Assembly (NCBI GenBank): GCA_049688075.1
Contig: JBAVKA010000034.1
Coordinates: forward strand, 1 to 42,853
DNA length: 42,853 bases
Source of the DNA: Gammaproteobacteria bacterium
GTDB taxonomy: Bacteria; Pseudomonadota; Gammaproteobacteria; UBA9214
Reading direction: 5' to 3'
Below are positions 19,377 to 27,909 of the stretch, piece by piece. The notes under the pieces are model-generated. The model was not told the origin of the DNA. It worked only from the letters and a program-made list of their open reading frames with translations, and searched no databases. The position numbers were made by a program, and so were the translations under genes. Numbering within the stretch: the stretch's first letter is position 1; the number at the start of each line of letters is the position of its first letter.

Positions 19377-19419
19377 TGGTGGAGCGGAGGAGGACCGAAC
19401 TTCCGACCTTCGCATTGCG
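19377..19419 (-). repeat. displaced 3' portion of tRNA-Ala (att-type direct repeat of 22741..22783)
   Basis: 43 nt (TGGTGGAGCGGAGGAGGACCGAACTTCCGACCTTCGCATTGCG) match the 3' end of the intact tRNA-Ala gene at 41 of 43 positions, in the same orientation. Confidence 0.85.
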
Positions 19420-19619
19420 GAAGGGTTTTTCAGGCTTTCCAAGTGCCTGATTATCCACCATAAAAATGGCATAACTCTCTGTACCATCTGAATATTTCTG
19501 CTGTTTCCCTGCCTATTCTCTCCCTGTAATATGTTTTGTTCTGTGGTACCCACTGCGGTACCACGGCTAGTCAGGCCACCATTACAGCACGCAACGGGAG
19601 GTCACAGCTGGGACCGCGG

Positions 19620-20774
19620 CACGCAAAGATTACCACAAAGCTTGTCACCGGACTCCAGCCGGAGGCCGCTCAATACGAAGTCACCGACACCGAGTTTCCC
19701 GGCTTCCGGGTCCGCGTCATGCCATCCGGCGTGAAAACCTTTTCCGTGGTCTACCGCACTCACGACGGGGGGGGCGGCGGCGCTATTCCCTCGGGCGCTA
19801 TGGTGTGCTGACGGTAAAGTAGGCGCGGAATGCCGCCACGGATCAACTGGCATCGGCAAGGACGGCGAAGCCGGTCGAAGACCCGCAGGCGGCCAAGAAA
19901 GCCGCACAGCAGTCCGTCAAGATGCCGACGCTGGAAGAATTCGTCGGGGAGGAGGGCGATTACGGCAGATGGGTTGCTGCCCCCACAAAAGCGAGATACT
20001 GTCATTGCATCGCCTGCGGGTAGTTCTCAAGGAATTCGGAGAGACCCGGCTCGACAGGATTACCGCCTGGAACATCGAGAATTGGAGGGCGCAACGATTG
20101 AAGAAAGGCCGCACCGGATCCACGGTCAACCGCGACGCTGATACCCTGAAAGCCTGTTTGAGCAAGGCGGTCGAGTGGGGACTCATTAAGGTCAACACAA
20201 TTGCCGGTGTGAAGCGCGTCAAGGCGGAAGATGAGAACCGGGTACGCGTGGTGGTTTATCCGCTCAGGAAGAGAAGCGGCCCAGAAAGGCACTCAGCAAG
20301 GCTCCCGACTATTTGCGGGGCATGACACAGCTCGTCATGAACACCGGACTTCTACGCGGTGAGTTATTCCAGCTATAGGGTAAGGATGTGTACCTGGAGC
20401 GGCGCATCGTCACTGTGCGGGCTGCCTATGCCAAGGCTTCCAAGGTACTGCACATCCCGTTAAACGATGAGGCAATGAGCGTGATCCGTATCCGGGCGAA
20501 GGCTGACGGCCTGTTGTTTCCGGGCAAGGATGGCGCACCCATGACAGGCATAAAAAAATCATGGGCCACATTGATGGCGGCGGCAAGGATAACCGACTTC
20601 CGACTCCATGACGCCCGCCTCCATTTCGCCAGCAAGCTGGTCATGGCAGGCGTGGATCTCAATACCGTGCGCGAGTTGCCAGGTCATGCCGATATCAAGA
20701 TGACGCTACGCTACAGTCACCTGGCGCCGGAGAACAAGGCGGAAGCCGTGGCGCGTCTGGTGAGTGCGAAGTGA
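19620..20774 (+). pseudogene. tyrosine recombinase/phage integrase (DUF4102-arm type), disrupted by at least 3 frameshifts and 2 in-frame stops
   Basis: Homology pieces lie in three frames:
- AKITTKLVTGLQPEAAQYEVTDTEFPGFRVRVMPSGVKTFSVVYRTHDG;
- RRRYSLGRYGVLTVK*ARNAA...;
- SLHRLRVVLKEFGETRLDRITAWNIENW...AVEWGLIKVN;
- LSAQEEKR...TGLLRGELFQL*GKDV...HDARLHFAS...LPGHADIKMTLRYSHL.
Stops are at TAG 19820-19822 and TAG 20376-20378. There is a G8 run at 19767-19774, and no obvious start codon. Confidence 0.85.
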
Positions 20775-20887
20775 TGGTGGACTCCAAACGCATAGCCGAG
20801 CTGCAAGCGGAAATCGAGTCACTCAGGAATCAGCTACAAGTGAAGGATGATTATATAAGCATGCTCGAATATCTCGTTGACTGTTAA
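20774..20887 (+). CDS. 37-codon ORF overlapping the integrase stop (TGATG); predicted coiled-coil peptide
   Basis: MVDSKRIAELQAEIESLRNQLQVKDDYISMLEYLVDC. It is below the track cutoff and has no homology that I can recognise. Confidence 0.2.
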   Translation: MVDSKRIAELQAEIESLRNQLQVKDDYISMLEYLVDC

Positions 20888-21386
20888 AAACGAGAAAGCG
20901 ACGGGTTACGCACGTTTCTTCCAATCGGCGTAAAGGCAAATGAAAAGCTACACATCGGCCGCATCAGGTCTGAGATGCAGCGTAGAGCAAGGAAAGCTTT
21001 CTGTGTGGAACAGTTCTTATTCCATCACTTTGAAAAACGTCTAACACCGTTCAGAGCAGAAACATGGGCTAATAATGACGTTTATAAAAGATTCAATACA
21101 AAATGACTCTGGATATTTTGCGTATTCAAAATGAACAGCGCCGCCTTTACTGATATTTGGTGGGAAAAGGAGCGTATTGAATTGTTCGAATAATGATGGA
21201 TCCTTGCTTCCTACCGACCTCGCCACCGTGCGGGCTTTTTATATTGTACAAATGGACAATATACAGTGTGTGACCGGCGATCTATCCTGAAATCCTGCCG
21301 GGTGTGGGCGAATACAAAACCTTCGGGAAATAAGCCCGCCGCCCACTTGTTGGGATAAGGTAGTTAGCACCCGGCGTCAATCGACC

Positions 21387-21418
21387 AAACCCCGACCACA
21401 CGTCGGGGTTTCTTGTTG
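21387..21418 (+). terminator. rho-independent terminator-like hairpin
   Basis: AAACCCCGAC-cacac-GTCGGGGTTT is a perfect 10-bp stem followed by CTTGTTG. Confidence 0.55.
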
Positions 21419-21493
21419 CAGAAAACACCGGCACTGGCTATAAATATCAATGGGTCAATAATCAACAACAAGCCAGATTTCGGCGAGATAACA

Positions 21494-21670
21494 ATGGTCG
21501 AGAAAAGAAATGACCACCGACGCCAGTACCTACCAGTCACTCAGTTCCCACTACACACTCAGGATGGTGAATTGATAACAACAGAGCGCCGGACGTTGCC
21601 CACCAGGCGCGTGAATGATATCGAGGTGAAAGAGCTTAGTTGCTTGGACTTTATTTCCGGATTGCGCTGA
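21494..21670 (+). CDS. small Arg-rich hypothetical protein (58 aa), paralog of 11827..12015
   Basis: MVEKRNDHRRQYLPVTQFPLHTQDGELITTERRTLPTRRV... shares the pattern RR..LP...FPL....G......RR.L..RR with the ORF near nhaD. The track start 21413 (TTG) lies inside the upstream terminator, so ATG 21494 is preferred. Confidence 0.5.
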   Translation: MVEKRNDHRRQYLPVTQFPLHTQDGELITTERRTLPTRRVNDIEVKELSCLDFISGLR

Positions 21671-21678
21671 ACTGATGT

Positions 21679-21709
21679 CAAAAATAAACCGGCGTCCTGA
21701 AGGTCGCCG
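21679..21709 (-). terminator. hairpin plus T-tract downstream of the 21741..21926 ORF
   Basis: On the minus strand, CGGCGAC-cttcag-GACGCCG (one mismatch) is followed by GTTTATTTTTG. Confidence 0.45.
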
Positions 21710-21740
21710 ATTAAAATCAGAGGGCGATCTGCTGGTTATA

Positions 21741-21926
21741 CTAATTTTTCTTGTTAATCCTATCTTGCCGGTAGTCCCTTCTCATCATGAAAATGATGCC
21801 ACCTGTAAAAATAAGTAGAAATCCAGAAGCATAACCAAGTGGCGTATCTATAGTACTAATCGCAATTATTCCGCCAGTACAGTACAGATATGGCAACATC
21901 TCATAGAATTTTTCAGGTAGCCACAT
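21741..21926 (-). CDS. small two-TM membrane protein (61 aa), hypothetical
   Basis: GGAG lies about 9 nt upstream of the ATG. There are two hydrophobic segments (LPYLYCTGGIIAISTI and YASGFLLIFTGGIIFMM) and a basic C-tail. The codon usage looks AT-rich, consistent with island cargo. Confidence 0.55.
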   Translation of the reverse strand: MWLPEKFYEMLPYLYCTGGIIAISTIDTPLGYASGFLLIFTGGIIFMMRRDYRQDRINKKN

Positions 21927-22278
21927 GGATTGACTCCGTTTTCAGATATGATTGATGTATCGTCCGCACATCATTTTTCTGAATGTGGAGCAGATCATAC
22001 CGGAGCGTCGGGAAAGCTGTATTGAAGAAGACTCGGCACGCGTCCAGGGAGGAGTACTGGAGGGTATACCGGAATCAGCGGACTGGTCGAGAAAATAGGC
22101 CATCACCCAATTCATGCGAATAGGGGAATTTCTTATTCTGCACATCGCAGCAAGATCGAATGCACTGACAGCCCGGGTGACCGCAGGCGCGGCGATCATG
22201 GGCGTGGTCATATGGCTTGTATGGCCACCCTTGCACCCGGTCCCAGATCGCGTCAATGGCACGGTGAATCTTCGGTAG

Positions 22279-22560
22279 TTACCAGCGGATCCGGTCCACC
22301 GTGATGTTCACCTGATCGGCGATCCGGGGCAGCGTCCAGCCCTCGACACAGCGCCAGGTACAGATGGCACGCTGGTTGTCCGGGAGCGCCGCCACAAGGC
22401 GATCGAGGCGGCGGAGGTGTAACGGTATTCCCTGACGGCGCGTGTGTTGCGATAGCCAGAACAGATTGAGGTGCCAGTTTCGATCAGGGTGGCAATGTGT
22501 GATGACTTCGGATAGCCGAGGCTGGAACTGCACAGCATACGTTCCGTGGCCGTTCCCCAT
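22279..22560 (-). pseudogene. possible truncated HTH protein (sigma-70 region 4-like C-terminus)
   Basis: LDRLVAALPDNQRAICTWRCVEGWTLPRIADQVNITVDRIRW resembles the region-4 pattern LP...R......EG.....IA......TV.R. The ORF stops at TAA 22279, but the same frame stays open for about 67 more codons (LPKIHRAIDAIWDR...), which suggests a nonsense mutation. Confidence 0.3.
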
Positions 22561-22685
22561 TCCGTGAGCATCCGTCGCGCCCAGTCATCCCGATTGCATT
22601 GTGGTATCCCGTGATCCCGTGGAGGTGTGCAGGGCGGGATTATAGTGTGGCAGCGGTACCACGGCAGTACCACGAAAGCCAAACG

Positions 22686-22712
22686 TTAAAAAGCCTGCGC
22701 GGTGGCAGGCTT
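22686..22712 (-). terminator. rho-independent terminator downstream of tRNA-Ala
   Basis: On the minus strand, AAGCCTGC-caccgc-GCAGGCTT is followed by TTTAACGTTT. Confidence 0.55.
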
Positions 22713-22740
22713 ACAAAATGCTGTATTTTCAGTTTTTATT

Positions 22741-22816
<76 letters not shown>

Positions 22817-22958
22817 GTTGATTCAGTAAAAACCGGACAAGAAATCATTCGACGGGGAAATTCTAGCATCGAAACTGACTTTACTTCCATATGAATGTCA
22901 ACCCCGGTGAAAATAGGGGTCTGTCATATTAGTAAGGTGCGTTGCCCGTTGTAACGGA

Positions 22959-23138
22959 TCAGGAGAGCTGTCCAGTGAGTCGGCGGTTCTTGGGCATGGA
23001 AAGCGCAAGTTCGATATCGATAATCTTGTCTGCAATTTGACGGCTGTTCACAATATAGGCATCTTCATCCAGTTGTGTGCGTATGATATTGATGCGGTGA
23101 TCGTCGATGTCCGGGGACTTGGGCAACTTGTTGAGCAT
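22959..23138 (-). CDS. flgM: FlgM-like anti-sigma-28 factor, unusually short (59 aa)
   Basis: MLNKLPKSPDIDDHRINIIRTQLDEDAYIVNSRQIADKIIDIELALSMPKNRRLTGQLS. The segment R(I/V)..I+..(I)..G/AY.V(D/N)...IADK(I/L)I..E matches the C-terminal sigma-28-binding region of FlgM. There is a stop 5 codons upstream of the ATG. It is below the 60-aa track cutoff. Confidence 0.6.
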   Translation of the reverse strand: MLNKLPKSPDIDDHRINIIRTQLDEDAYIVNSRQIADKIIDIELALSMPKNRRLTGQLS

Positions 23139-23211
23139 AATGTGTCCAGGCTATTTTCAGAATCTCGTGTTTGATTTCAGTTATTGTTTGATCGTCCCTG
23201 ACACATGAAGG

Positions 23212-23238
23212 TTATCGCCTGTTGAGCCTCCGGGTTTA
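23212..23238 (-). promoter_or_regulatory. sigma-28 (FliA)-type promoter for the FlgM-like ORF
   Basis: The minus strand reads TAAA-cccggaggctcaaca(15 nt)-GGCGATAA, against the consensus TAAA-N15-GCCGATAA (one mismatch). The -10 element ends about 74 nt upstream of ATG 23138. Confidence 0.6.
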
Positions 23239-23266
23239 ATGAAATTTTGTGGCGATACGCACAAAG

Positions 23267-23282
23267 TGGCAGTCCGGTAGCA
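23267..23282 (+). promoter_or_regulatory. candidate sigma-54 promoter facing fleQ
   Basis: TGGCAGTCCGGTAGCA has GG and GC separated by exactly 10 nt, as in TGGCAC-N5-TTGCW. It has one mismatch in each element and lies about 570 nt upstream of fleQ. Confidence 0.3.
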
Positions 23283-23850
23283 GGGTGTTTTTCATCATGA
23301 TGGTCATGTAGTTAGGGAGGGGTATTCGCAAACCGCGTTTTTTTCTTCCTTTAATTATGGCTCCATGGGCCTGATATCACGGGATTTGTCACGTACCATC
23401 CCGTGCGACCGTCCTTGGCTTGCGAAAGCATGGCCGTATGCGGGAGAAGGCAGGAGAGGACATTTACTGGCTTGTGATACGCGTGAGGGGCGCATGCCAA
23501 CTGAAACACAAGACGAAACAGTCGGATTTCCCCACGGGTTGCTGTTCCTGAAATCAGGCCCACCCTTGCCTTACCGAGGGCCGCCAAATAAATGATTAAG
23601 TTGAGGGAGTATTTTTTGTCCGGACTGATATAATGCTTCAGACGCGCCAGGGCGAGTGACAAAAGCAATCATCGCACATTGTGTATGTGATTGATATTCA
23701 AAAGTTTCGAACCCTTGCACGGCATGTCGGTATTTTGACTATTGTTGGGGTTGGCCACTATCATGGACGGTGAACAGGTGTAGTCAGCATTACATTGACC
23801 TGGTTGTTAAGAATAATCAGATGGGCGGCTAAGTTCCTCAGGTAAAACAA

Positions 23851-25281
23851 ATGCTAAATGATCCCAAGGTCTTGATAATTGAGGCTGACCCGGAGAACGC
23901 GAAGGAATTGTCCGCAATCCTCAGATTCATCAATTATTCGCCAATCGTCGTTCAGGACTGCGCGCTCTGGAAGCAGTCCATCGAGAGTGCTCCCCGGATA
24001 CTGGCTGTGATGGTGGGTTCCTGCAAGGTGGATAACCCGCTGGGTGAACTGCTCAATCATATCCATGACTACGACGAGCATATCCCCGTCTATTTACTGA
24101 GCAGGAAAGGCAAGGAGCCGACTGTTTCGATTGACTCAGGCTCGTGCATCCTCGGGCGGCTTGATATACCACCCAATTACGCGCAGCTGACGAACGCAAT
24201 GCATCAGGCGGAAGTGTATTCCGAATCGTATCGCGAGTCAGAAGAGGCGTATCGCCCGGTTGATCTCTTCCGCAGTCTGGTAGGGAGCAGCCGCGCAATT
24301 CAGCATGTCAGAAAAATGGTTGAACAGGTTGCGGACAGCGAGGCGAATGTACTTATCCTCGGTGAGTCCGGTACAGGCAAGGAGGTCGTCGCGAGGAATC
24401 TGCATTATCACTCGGCGCGACGCGGCAAACCGTTTGTGCCCGTGAATTGCGGCGCCATCCCGGCCGATTTGCTCGAATCGGAACTCTTTGGTCACGAGAA
24501 AGGCGCTTTCACCGGCGCGATAAGTTCACGTGAAGGCCGTTTTGAAATGGCCGAAGGCGGTACGCTGTTTCTTGATGAGATCGGCGATATGAGTCTTGCC
24601 ATGCAGGTCAAGATTCTGAGGGTGCTGCAGGAGAGAACGTTTGAACGGGTGGGCTCCAACGCAAGTCTCACGACCAATGTAAGGATAATCGCGGCAACAC
24701 ACCGCGATCTGGAGACGGCCATTCAGGAAGGCGGATTTCGCGAAGACCTGTACTATCGCCTGAACGTCTTCCCGATTGAAATGCCGCCACTGCGCGATCG
24801 CCTGGAGGATATCCCGCTGCTCATCAATGAACTGGTGCGTCGCATCGAGCATGAAAGACGGGGTTCGGTCAGGTTGTCGCCCGGCGCTATCTACGCACTC
24901 TGTCAGTATTCCTGGCCGGGAAATGTCCGTGAGCTGGCAAATCTGATTGAACGCCTGGCCATACTGCATCCCTACGGAATAGTGGAAGCCGGCGATCTGC
25001 CGGAAAAGTTCCGGCTTGACGAGAGGCTCGATATGGAATTGATGGCGGAAATGCTGGTCGGCTCTCCGGTCACATCGGAAGATCTCGATCCACGACTGCC
25101 TCGCGATGGTATGAATCTCAAGGAACATCTCAGTGCCCTGGAAATCAATTACATCAAGCAGGCCCTGCATGATACCGGCGGAGTGGTCGCGCATGCGGCA
25201 AAACGTCTGGGCATGCGACGCACCACCCTGGTGGAGAAATTACGCAAATACGGGTTGCAACGGCACACTCACGCGTCATAA
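23851..25281 (+). CDS. fleQ: sigma-54-dependent transcriptional regulator FleQ (flagellar / c-di-GMP-responsive master regulator)
   Basis: The N-terminal FleQ-type pseudo-receiver has no Asp at the phosphoacceptor position (ILAVMVGSC), and [19 protein letters not shown] resembles P. aeruginosa FleQ. The AAA+ domain has GESGTGKE and GAFTGA, followed by a C-terminal Fis-type HTH. LFRSLVG, ARN and E-x3-R resemble the reported c-di-GMP contact motifs. Confidence 0.9.
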   Translation: MLNDPKVLIIEADPENAKELSAILRFINYSPIVVQDCALWKQSIESAPRILAVMVGSCKVDNPLGELLNHIHDYDEHIPVYLLSRKGKEPTVSIDSGSCILGRLDIPPNYAQLTNAMHQAEVYSESYRESEEAYRPVDLFRSLVGSSRAIQHVRKMVEQVADSEANVLILGESGTGKEVVARNLHYHSARRGKPFVPVNCGAIPADLLESELFGHEKGAFTGAISSREGRFEMAEGGTLFLDEIGDMSLAMQVKILRVLQERTFERVGSNASLTTNVRIIAATHRDLETAIQEGGFREDLYYRLNVFPIEMPPLRDRLEDIPLLINELVRRIEHERRGSVRLSPGAIYALCQYSWPGNVRELANLIERLAILHPYGIVEAGDLPEKFRLDERLDMELMAEMLVGSPVTSEDLDPRLPRDGMNLKEHLSALEINYIKQALHDTGGVVAHAAKRLGMRRTTLVEKLRKYGLQRHTHAS

Positions 25282-25337
25282 CTCTGTCTTTTCAATTTGA
25301 TTTCGCCACTGGAATCGCTACTTGCCTGATTCCTTCA

Positions 25338-25353
25338 CATGCGGCTGTGGAAT
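25338..25353 (+). repeat. 16-nt motif CATGCGGCTGTGGAAT, copy 1 (upstream of the GGDQF-EAL gene)
   Basis: Exact match to 27910..27925, in the same orientation. Both copies are intergenic. Confidence 0.6.
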
Positions 25354-25589
25354 TGGCTTTATACGCTTCCCATGCTGTGATAAATTCCGGAACATACAGA
25401 ATAATAATTAATGGGACTTGTATTCCATTGCATCCTTATAAACTCAAGCAGGTCTAGCTGCATGCTGTGACACGGCAGGTCTGGCCGTGGTGGCATAAAA
25501 CATCGGGGGCATGCGGCTTTCTGGCCGCGTGAATTTTTGGATTAAAGCGCCAGTTAAGCGGCATCAACAATAAATCAACACCAAACCGG

Positions 25590-27851
25590 ATGGCGGAGAA
25601 AAACAAAGACAGTCGACGGGGGGGCGGAAAGCCGGGTCTTGCTGGCGCTGAACAGCAATCCAGATCAGACCTCGATGCGCGGGAATATAAATATGTCCTG
25701 CATATTTCCCATGACGAGCTGTCGTATCTGGACCAATACCGGCAAGTTGTTGCGGCGGGCACGGCAAGATTCGCGGAAGTTCATTACAACTACCTCTTCG
25801 ATAATCCCGACATCGCGGATTTGCTCTATGCGGACGAGCGCGATGGCGGTGATGTCAATGAAACGATACGTGAGGAACTCGCATTCATGCTCGATATGTT
25901 TTCTGTCCATGATGAGGGAAAACGCGAGGCTGAATTGGTTCGTGCGGGTGAACAACGGTATGCAAGAGGTATTAAACCTGTCTGGGTAACCGGCGCATAT
26001 CTGATGTTTATGGAATTTCTGCGTGACCTTATGACTGAACAGGATATCGCAACCGCAGATCGGGAACGCTTGCAGGGCGTGCTCATGAAGTTGTCGTTGC
26101 GTGATATAGGTCTGATATCCGAAGGCTACTGGAACGCCGCGCTGAACGAGGCCCGTGGCGAGGTGGCTCACGTATGCCGGGAACGCGCACATATCGAGAA
26201 CCTGCTCTCCGAGATTCCGCAACTGATCTGGAGCGTGGATATCAAGAGCAACCGGATTCACTACGGCAACTACCCGTTACACGCCCATTATCCGGATGGA
26301 CTTGATGCGCCGTTTCCGTTTCTCAAGAGCACCTGTGCCGAAGACCAGCAGTTACTGCTTACCACATGGCAGGAAGCGGTCAACGGCAACACAACTGCAC
26401 GTGAAGTACGGATCTCGCTGGCGGGCGCCCCCGAACACTGGTACCGACTGGCGCTGTACCCATCCCTTGACTACCGTGGCCGCCCGGTTCGGGTCCACTG
26501 TCTGCTTGAGGATATCAACCACGTAATCTGTGAGCGCAAGCTGCTTGAGCAGCTGAGCACAACGGACAATCTCACGCAATTGCCCAACCGAACCCTCTGG
26601 GCCGATCACCTGAATATGGCGCTGGCGTCGTCACGACGGGTGCCGGGCTCCCAGGTCGCCGTGATATCTCTCGATATCAACCATTTCAAGATGTACAACG
26701 ATACACTGGGTCGTGACATCGGCGACCTGCTGCTGCAGGAAATTGCCGAGCGACTCAGATCGGTCGTACGCGCGTCGGACTCGCTCGCCCGTCTCGGTGG
26801 TGACCAGTTCGGTATCCTGCTCTCGGGTGTTAATGACGCCAGAACAGCCTCGGAACGGGTCATCAACCAGGTGCTTGACTGCTTCGATTCGCCATTCTCC
26901 TGTTCGGACAAGCAGCTCTGCGTCAGTATCACCATGGGCGCCGCCTGTTTTCCCGATCACGGAACTAACCAGCAATCACTGCTTACCAATGCGGAAAGTG
27001 CGATGTATCGCGCCAAGCGGAACAGTCTGCCCTTCCAGTTTTTCGATCCGGTAAGCGATGTCAGTCCGGCTGAGCAGCTGCGCTACTCGGGCCAGATCAG
27101 GAGCGCGCTCGATAACAATGAGTTTGTGCTGCACTACCAGCCACAGGTGGATCTGCTGACTTCGCGGATTACCGGAGCAGAGGCATTGCTGCGCTGGCAG
27201 CATCCCCTGGAGGGAACTGTTTACCCCAAGCGTATTATTCCCGTTGCCGAGCAACTCGGGATGATTTCACCGATAACAGACTGGGTACTGGTCACGGCGC
27301 TGAAGCAATGCAAACAATGGATCTGCAACGGCGCCATGGTGCCGGTTTCTGTCAATGTCTCTGCGCGATCCTTCCAGGGTCCGCGTCTGGTGGACAAGAT
27401 CAAATGGTGCCTGGAGGAAGCAGGCATGAGCGGAGATTGTCTCGAAATCGAAATTACCGAAGCAACCCTCATGCTTGATCTTGAACGGGCTGCAGATGTG
27501 CTGGCCAGGCTTAGCGACTTCGGCGTAAGCATTGCGATTGACGATTTCGGTACGGGCTATTCATCCCTGGCTTATCTGAAACGGCTTCCAATCCACACAC
27601 TGAAAATAGACCAGTCGTTCATCATCGATGTCGCATTCGACAATCAGGATATCGCCATCGTGCGCTCGATTATCGATCTGGGACACAACCTCGGCTACAA
27701 GGTTGTTGCAGAGGGTGTTGAAAGCGACAAGGCCTGGGATATGCTGAGTAGCCTGGGCTGTGATTCTGCCCAGGGCTTCCATGTCAGCCATCCGTTACCT
27801 GACAAGCACTTTGCCAGCTGGCTGGCAAGATCATCCGCGTTCCACACTTAG
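25590..27851 (+). CDS. globin-like sensor / PAS / degenerate GGDEF (GGDQF) / EAL protein, probable c-di-GMP phosphodiesterase
   Basis: The N-terminus follows the protoglobin pattern (FAEVHYNYLFDNPDIADLL ... RGIKPVWVTGAY). The GGDEF domain reads RLGGDQFGIL, with RASD five residues upstream in the I-site position. The EAL domain appears complete (GAEALLRW, NVSARS, EITE, DDFGTGYSSL, KIDQSF, EGVE, QG). Confidence 0.92.
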   Translation: MAEKNKDSRRGGGKPGLAGAEQQSRSDLDAREYKYVLHISHDELSYLDQYRQVVAAGTARFAEVHYNYLFDNPDIADLLYADERDGGDVNETIREELAFMLDMFSVHDEGKREAELVRAGEQRYARGIKPVWVTGAYLMFMEFLRDLMTEQDIATADRERLQGVLMKLSLRDIGLISEGYWNAALNEARGEVAHVCRERAHIENLLSEIPQLIWSVDIKSNRIHYGNYPLHAHYPDGLDAPFPFLKSTCAEDQQLLLTTWQEAVNGNTTAREVRISLAGAPEHWYRLALYPSLDYRGRPVRVHCLLEDINHVICERKLLEQLSTTDNLTQLPNRTLWADHLNMALASSRRVPGSQVAVISLDINHFKMYNDTLGRDIGDLLLQEIAERLRSVVRASDSLARLGGDQFGILLSGVNDARTASERVINQVLDCFDSPFSCSDKQLCVSITMGAACFPDHGTNQQSLLTNAESAMYRAKRNSLPFQFFDPVSDVSPAEQLRYSGQIRSALDNNEFVLHYQPQVDLLTSRITGAEALLRWQHPLEGTVYPKRIIPVAEQLGMISPITDWVLVTALKQCKQWICNGAMVPVSVNVSARSFQGPRLVDKIKWCLEEAGMSGDCLEIEITEATLMLDLERAADVLARLSDFGVSIAIDDFGTGYSSLAYLKRLPIHTLKIDQSFIIDVAFDNQDIAIVRSIIDLGHNLGYKVVAEGVESDKAWDMLSSLGCDSAQGFHVSHPLPDKHFASWLARSSAFHT

Positions 27852-27909
27852 GTAGTTGATGACCGCTTCCCCGGGTTGTGTCCGGCCATCGCCGGTGCGA
27901 CCAGCGCTG

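Noticed and set aside
23365-23595. A 76-aa plus-strand ORF and a 105-aa minus-strand ORF (23351..23668) in the fleQ upstream gap.
   Set aside because: Neither has a ribosome-binding site. The sequences are Pro/Gly/Arg-rich and overlap each other. The region is better treated as a non-coding leader or promoter region.
25310-25326. A sigma-54-like element, TGGAATCGCTACTTGCC, upstream of the GGDQF-EAL gene.
   Set aside because: GG and GC are separated by 11 nt rather than the essentially invariant 10 nt.
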